Origin: Bacteroidales bacterium
GTDB taxonomy: Bacteria; Bacteroidota; Bacteroidia; Bacteroidales; UBA10428
Assembly (NCBI GenBank): GCA_034677845.1
Contig: JAXDCR010000003.1
Location: forward strand, 1-29,026
DNA length: 29,026 nt
Reading direction: 5' to 3'
Part shown: positions 25,166 through 29,026 of the stretch, piece by piece
How positions within the stretch are numbered: the first letter of the stretch is position 1
How the letters are laid out: each line of letters begins with the position of its first letter
Notes under the pieces: generated by a model
What the model saw: the letters and a program-made list of their open reading frames with translations, nothing else
Databases searched by the model: none
Told to the model about the DNA's origin: nothing
Translations under genes and position numbers: made by a program

Positions 25166-25981
25166 ATGATGGAGCTTTACAGGGAGATATGGAATAAATA
25201 TTGCAGTTCAGTATGCTCCATCAGGTTCCTGAATGGCAGCGATATTGAGATTGCGGTTTTTACCGGTTTCAGGAGCGGCAATTTCATTTTCACAACAGAT
25301 CTGATCAACAGATTCCAGAAGGCTGAGTTTGTCGAAATCAGGTTCGTCAAGCATGACGGATACAGTGTCTTTGCGCAGGAGCGTCTTTCTCTCCATGATT
25401 TCAACGAACAGATTATCACGACCTGCGACCAGGAGATTATGGGCTTTGCAGTAATTTCAGCCACTGATTTAAACTTTGAGCAGGTTGCCCCGCTCATCCT
25501 GGCTGAGAATCACCCCATTTCAATAGGTGACCCCCTAGCGCTGATGGGCTTTCAATTCAACACCCCGAGTCTTGCCATAAAATCGGGAATTGTCTCTGCC
25601 TTTATCCACCGTAACCATTCACGTCTGATTCAGTTTGACGGCTCCGTGATCTGGGGCAATTCCGGAAGTCCCCTTATTGATTTACAGTCAGGTGAAGTGA
25701 TTGGCATTCTGGGTCATTACCTTGATAAGAAACACAGGTCTTACGAAAAAATCCAGGAGATCAGCAATGCCAACATCAAAATGCTGGAACAGGCTCTTGG
25801 CAAGCTTGACGTTTCCGGGGTAGACCCCATCCAGGTGCTGATCGCATGGGAAAAACAAATCCAGCAGTTATTCGCTGATACTTACAAGACTACCGGTTAT
25901 GGTATGGGCATTGCCCTTGATTACAGGGAAATCAGACAGCTGTTAAAGTCTTGCGGAATTGATTCCTCTTACAGGGATTAA
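25166..25981 (+). CDS. Trypsin-like (S1C) fold protein, probably catalytically inactive
   Basis: IGDPLALMGF, SGIVSA and IQFDGSVIWGNSGSPLIDLQSGEVIGI match the S1C C-terminal lobe. The His and Asp motifs are degenerate. No signal peptide. Confidence 0.8.
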   Translation: MMELYREIWNKYCSSVCSIRFLNGSDIEIAVFTGFRSGNFIFTTDLINRFQKAEFVEIRFVKHDGYSVFAQERLSLHDFNEQIITTCDQEIMGFAVISATDLNFEQVAPLILAENHPISIGDPLALMGFQFNTPSLAIKSGIVSAFIHRNHSRLIQFDGSVIWGNSGSPLIDLQSGEVIGILGHYLDKKHRSYEKIQEISNANIKMLEQALGKLDVSGVDPIQVLIAWEKQIQQLFADTYKTTGYGMGIALDYREIRQLLKSCGIDSSYRD

Positions 25982-25984
25982 ATG

Positions 25985-28636
25985 TCAGCCCTCCTTCTTT
26001 GTTGCTGCCAGATAGGCAAATTCTGCCGCTTTATCAATGGCCCGGGAAAGATTTTCAGGGCTTCTTCCACCTGCCGTGGCAAAGAACGGCTGGCCGCCCC
26101 CGCCTCCGTTGAACTCTCTGGAGGCCTTTTTAACAATCTCCCCCGCATGAAGTTTCTTTTCCCTGACAACCTTCTCAGAAATCATAACGGCCAGATGAGG
26201 TTTGTCATGGATAACAGCCCCTATTACCAGATAAAGGTTGTCAACTTCGTTCCTGATCTGAAAAGCGACATCCCTTATCAGGGAAGCATCTTCAACCGGC
26301 CCTTCAGGCTTTCCCGTGATGAGGACAAGGTCTCCCACCTGCTTCCTGTTCCTGAGCAGCTCATTCCTGAATGATTCCGTGGATCGGCGGTTGAACTCTT
26401 CAACCTTTTTTTCAAGCGCTGATTTCTCCTTCAGCAGCGACTCAACTGCATCCACGATGTTTTGTGGATTGTTCAGGAGCTTTTCAAGCAACTTCATCTT
26501 TGATTCGAGTTGCAGGCAATAGGCTTCGGCTTTCTCACCCGTTATGGCCTCAATCCTGCGGATACCGGAGGCGATCGAGCCTTCGGAAAGGATCTTGAAC
26601 AACCCTATCTGGCCTGTTGTATCAACATGAGTGCCCCCGCAGAGTTCCACGGAGTCACCGAACCTGATTACCCTTACCCTGTCTCCGTATTTTTCACCGA
26701 AAAGTGCGACAGCCCCCTGCCTTATTGCTTCTCCGACAGGCACACCGCGCATTTCATCCCTTGGCAGTCCTTCCCTTATTTTTTTGTTTACCGCCGATTC
26801 AACCTGGCGAACCTCATCGTCCGTCATTTTCCGGAAGTGCGAAAAATCAAATCTCAGATAGTCCGGGTTAACAAGGGAACCTTTCTGTTCCACATGCCTG
26901 CCAAGCACTTCCCTCAGTGCCTGGTGCAGCAGGTGGGTGGCTGTATGGTTGCTTGCCGTGTTCATCCGCAGTCCCCTGTCAACTACTGCCTCAAAGGGCA
27001 GGTTGACGTCTGCCGGTATCCTTTCCGTGACATGGATTACCAGGCCATGCTCCCTGAAGGTATTAATGACGGGTATTCTCTCAATGCCGTTGTCAATATA
27101 ACCCGTGTCACCCACCTGGCCTCCGCTTTCAGGATAAAAAGGGGTGGTGTTGAATACGAGGTGATATAATTCGCGGTCTCTTCCGCTTACTTTTCTGTAG
27201 CGGCTCATCCTTACGATGGCCCTGGTGTTTTCGTATCCCACGAAAGCCTCTTCTTCCTGGTCCGGCCCCACGCTCACCCAGTCATCCGTCCTGACTGCGG
27301 TTGCTGACCGCGACCTTTCACGCTGTGCCTCCATCTCCCTGTCGAAAGCTGCCCGGTCAACATTCATCCCCTGGTCCTTCAGCATAAGTTCAGTCAGGTC
27401 AAGAGGAAAGCCAAAGGTGTCATAGAGTTCGAAAGCGGTTTTCCCGCTGACCGTCTTTTCGTTTTTCTGCCTCAGATCTGCCGTGATCTGCTCAAGCAGT
27501 TTGATACCTCCTGCAAGGGTTCGGAGAAAGGACTGCTCTTCCTCGTGGATGACACGTTCGATGGTCGCCCGCTGGGCAACCAGTTCAGGAAACACATCAC
27601 CCATGGATTCAATCAGAGCCGGCATCAGTTTGAACATAAACGGCTTATCCAGCCCAAGATACGTATAGTAGTACCTTACGGCGCGACGAAGGATCCGCCT
27701 GATCACATACCCTGCCTTTGTGTTGGAAGGCAACTGCCCGTCACTTATGGCAAAGGCCACAGATCTCAGGTGGTCAGCGACAACCCGCATGGCTACGTCA
27801 CCTCTGTCATCGCTGCCATAGGCCCTTCCGCTCAGTGAGGCGATTGCGCCTATGATGGGCTGGAAAATGTCGGTATCGTAATTCGAGGTCTTGCCTTGCA
27901 CCACCATGCACAATCTTTCAAAACCCATCCCTGTGTCAACATGTTTCCTGGGAAGCGCCGTCAGATTGCCGTCTGCTGTGCGGTTGTACTGAATGAACAC
28001 CAGGTTCCAGATCTCAATGACAAGCGGATCACCCTTGTTGACAAGCTCCCTTCCGTCCTTATTCCTGCGTTCCTCCTCAGACCGCAGATCGACATGGATT
28101 TCCGAACAGGGGCCGCAGGGACCCGAATCCCCCATCTCCCAGAAATTATCCTTCTTGCTTCCCGGCAGTATCCTGTCGCCTTCTACCCACCTTTTCCAGA
28201 ATCCGAGCGATTCCAGGTCACTCTCAAGCGACTCGGAAGGATCGCCTTCAAAATAGGTGACATAAATCCTGTCCCTTTCAATGCCGATTTCCTCCGTCAG
28301 GAATTCCCAGGCCCAGCCGATGGCCTCCTGCTTGAAATAGTCCCCGAAAGACCAGTTGCCCAGCATCTCGAACATCGTATGGTGATACCCGTCAAATCCC
28401 ACTTCCTCCAGATCGTTATGCTTGCCTGATACCCTGAGGCATTTCTGCGTGTCGGCAATTCTCGGGTGCCTGACCGGGGCATTTTCAAGGAAAATATCCT
28501 TGAACTGGTTCATACCGGCATTTGTGAACATCAGTGTGGCGTCATCCTTTATGACCATTGGAGCGGACGGAACTATCTCGTGCCCCCGGGATCGGAAAAA
28601 ATCCAGAAATTTTTGTCTGACAAGTCGCGACTTCAT
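25985..28636 (-). CDS. alaS: Alanine--tRNA ligase
   Basis: LMFTNAGMNQFK, HHTMFEMLGNWSFGDYFK, EIWNLVFIQY, DTGMGFERL, editing motifs NHTATHLLH and ELCGGTH, C-terminal GGGGG. Confidence 0.99.
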   Translation of the reverse strand: MKSRLVRQKFLDFFRSRGHEIVPSAPMVIKDDATLMFTNAGMNQFKDIFLENAPVRHPRIADTQKCLRVSGKHNDLEEVGFDGYHHTMFEMLGNWSFGDYFKQEAIGWAWEFLTEEIGIERDRIYVTYFEGDPSESLESDLESLGFWKRWVEGDRILPGSKKDNFWEMGDSGPCGPCSEIHVDLRSEEERRNKDGRELVNKGDPLVIEIWNLVFIQYNRTADGNLTALPRKHVDTGMGFERLCMVVQGKTSNYDTDIFQPIIGAIASLSGRAYGSDDRGDVAMRVVADHLRSVAFAISDGQLPSNTKAGYVIRRILRRAVRYYYTYLGLDKPFMFKLMPALIESMGDVFPELVAQRATIERVIHEEEQSFLRTLAGGIKLLEQITADLRQKNEKTVSGKTAFELYDTFGFPLDLTELMLKDQGMNVDRAAFDREMEAQRERSRSATAVRTDDWVSVGPDQEEEAFVGYENTRAIVRMSRYRKVSGRDRELYHLVFNTTPFYPESGGQVGDTGYIDNGIERIPVINTFREHGLVIHVTERIPADVNLPFEAVVDRGLRMNTASNHTATHLLHQALREVLGRHVEQKGSLVNPDYLRFDFSHFRKMTDDEVRQVESAVNKKIREGLPRDEMRGVPVGEAIRQGAVALFGEKYGDRVRVIRFGDSVELCGGTHVDTTGQIGLFKILSEGSIASGIRRIEAITGEKAEAYCLQLESKMKLLEKLLNNPQNIVDAVESLLKEKSALEKKVEEFNRRSTESFRNELLRNRKQVGDLVLITGKPEGPVEDASLIRDVAFQIRNEVDNLYLVIGAVIHDKPHLAVMISEKVVREKKLHAGEIVKKASREFNGGGGGQPFFATAGGRSPENLSRAIDKAAEFAYLAATKKEG

Positions 28637-28700
28637 GAAGGTTTTAAGAAAAATGATTATATTAGATTGATATATTTTAACATTTCAGGGTTAAAATTGA

Positions 28701-28732
28701 TTTGTAAAATTAGTTTTTTTCGTTTAGATTTG
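28701..28732 (+). promoter_or_regulatory. Bacteroidota promoter of the M23-peptidase-like gene
   Basis: TTTG (28701-28704)-N20-TAGATTTG (28725-28732). Confidence 0.75.
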
Positions 28733-28773
28733 TTGGTCCTGTACTTTATTAATAATTAATTAGTTGCATTTGC

Positions 28774-29026
28774 TTGATTCTTAGAAGGAAAAAATACAGG
28801 TTCAACCCTGAGACCCTGACTTATGATGAAATATCGCTTTCTCAAAAGCATCGTGTCAGGTTTTTTGTCATGGCAGGCATGCTGTTTGGTATATCCGGCA
28901 TGTCCTGCGGATACCTGCTCAACCGTTTCTTGCCTTCCCCCGAGACTTTGGTATTGCAGAACAGGGCCTCTCTGCTTGACAGGGAGTTCAATGCCATGCT
29001 CAACAGGGCCCTTGCAGTGGAATCGA
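28774..29026 (+). CDS. N-terminus of a probable M23-family peptidase (runs off the window; absent from the ORF track)
   Basis: TTG start, MILRRKKYRFNPETLTYDEI..., then a TM segment and coiled-coil start. KY.FNPETL.Y is the typical N-terminus of Bacteroidota M23 proteins, often adjacent to alaS. The catalytic domain is not visible. Confidence 0.7.
   Translation, partial: MILRRKKYRFNPETLTYDEISLSQKHRVRFFVMAGMLFGISGMSCGYLLNRFLPSPETLVLQNRASLLDREFNAMLNRALAVES

Noticed and set aside
25982-28759. Long plus-strand ORFs opposite alaS (e.g. 26510-27169, 27896-28429) and similar antisense ORFs over rsgA, cca and SNF2
   Set aside because: Typical antisense shadows of highly conserved genes in ~50% GC DNA, with no recognisable motifs.
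28823-29026. Alternative ATG-started open frame MMKYRFLKSIVSG...
   Set aside because: The overlapping TTG-started frame carries the recognisable KYRFNPETLTY motif, TM segment and coiled coil. This frame is Cys/Pro-rich and non-protein-like.

Overview
This is a ~29 kb chromosomal window from a Bacteroidota (probably Bacteroidales) genome. The assignment rests on TTTG-N20-TAnnTTTG promoters, a TonB-dependent receptor and the alaS/M23-peptidase neighbourhood. The right half is mostly housekeeping: rubrerythrin, a Tat-signal Gfo/Idh/MocA oxidoreductase with a (GGAAP)7 repeat, an Fe-S nitroreductase, an SNF2 helicase, CCA-adding enzyme, a TPP-riboswitch-controlled TonB receptor, alaS and the start of an M23 peptidase. 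The left half (~1.4-13.7 kb) is an accessory-looking run of redox and detoxification genes: a Tat ferredoxin, an orphan E2/CAT-fold acyltransferase, an aldo/keto reductase, a GyrI-like/RibD-like/AlkD operon, a Mef-like MFS pump and rsgA with a broken DUF4180 gene. The most striking unannotated element is at 24849-24985. There a sigma54-type promoter precedes a ~110-nt non-coding stretch with five spaced AGGGUU/AGGUUU motifs, followed by a strong intrinsic terminator; this is a candidate protein-sponge sRNA. Other highlights are a chimeric pseudogene scar joined at a 12-bp microhomology (4488-4864), a possible genotoxin-defence operon, and a trypsin-fold protein lacking the catalytic His and Asp. 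All calls are from motif recognition by eye; no database searches were run. No tRNA, rRNA, CRISPR array, transposase or integrase was seen.
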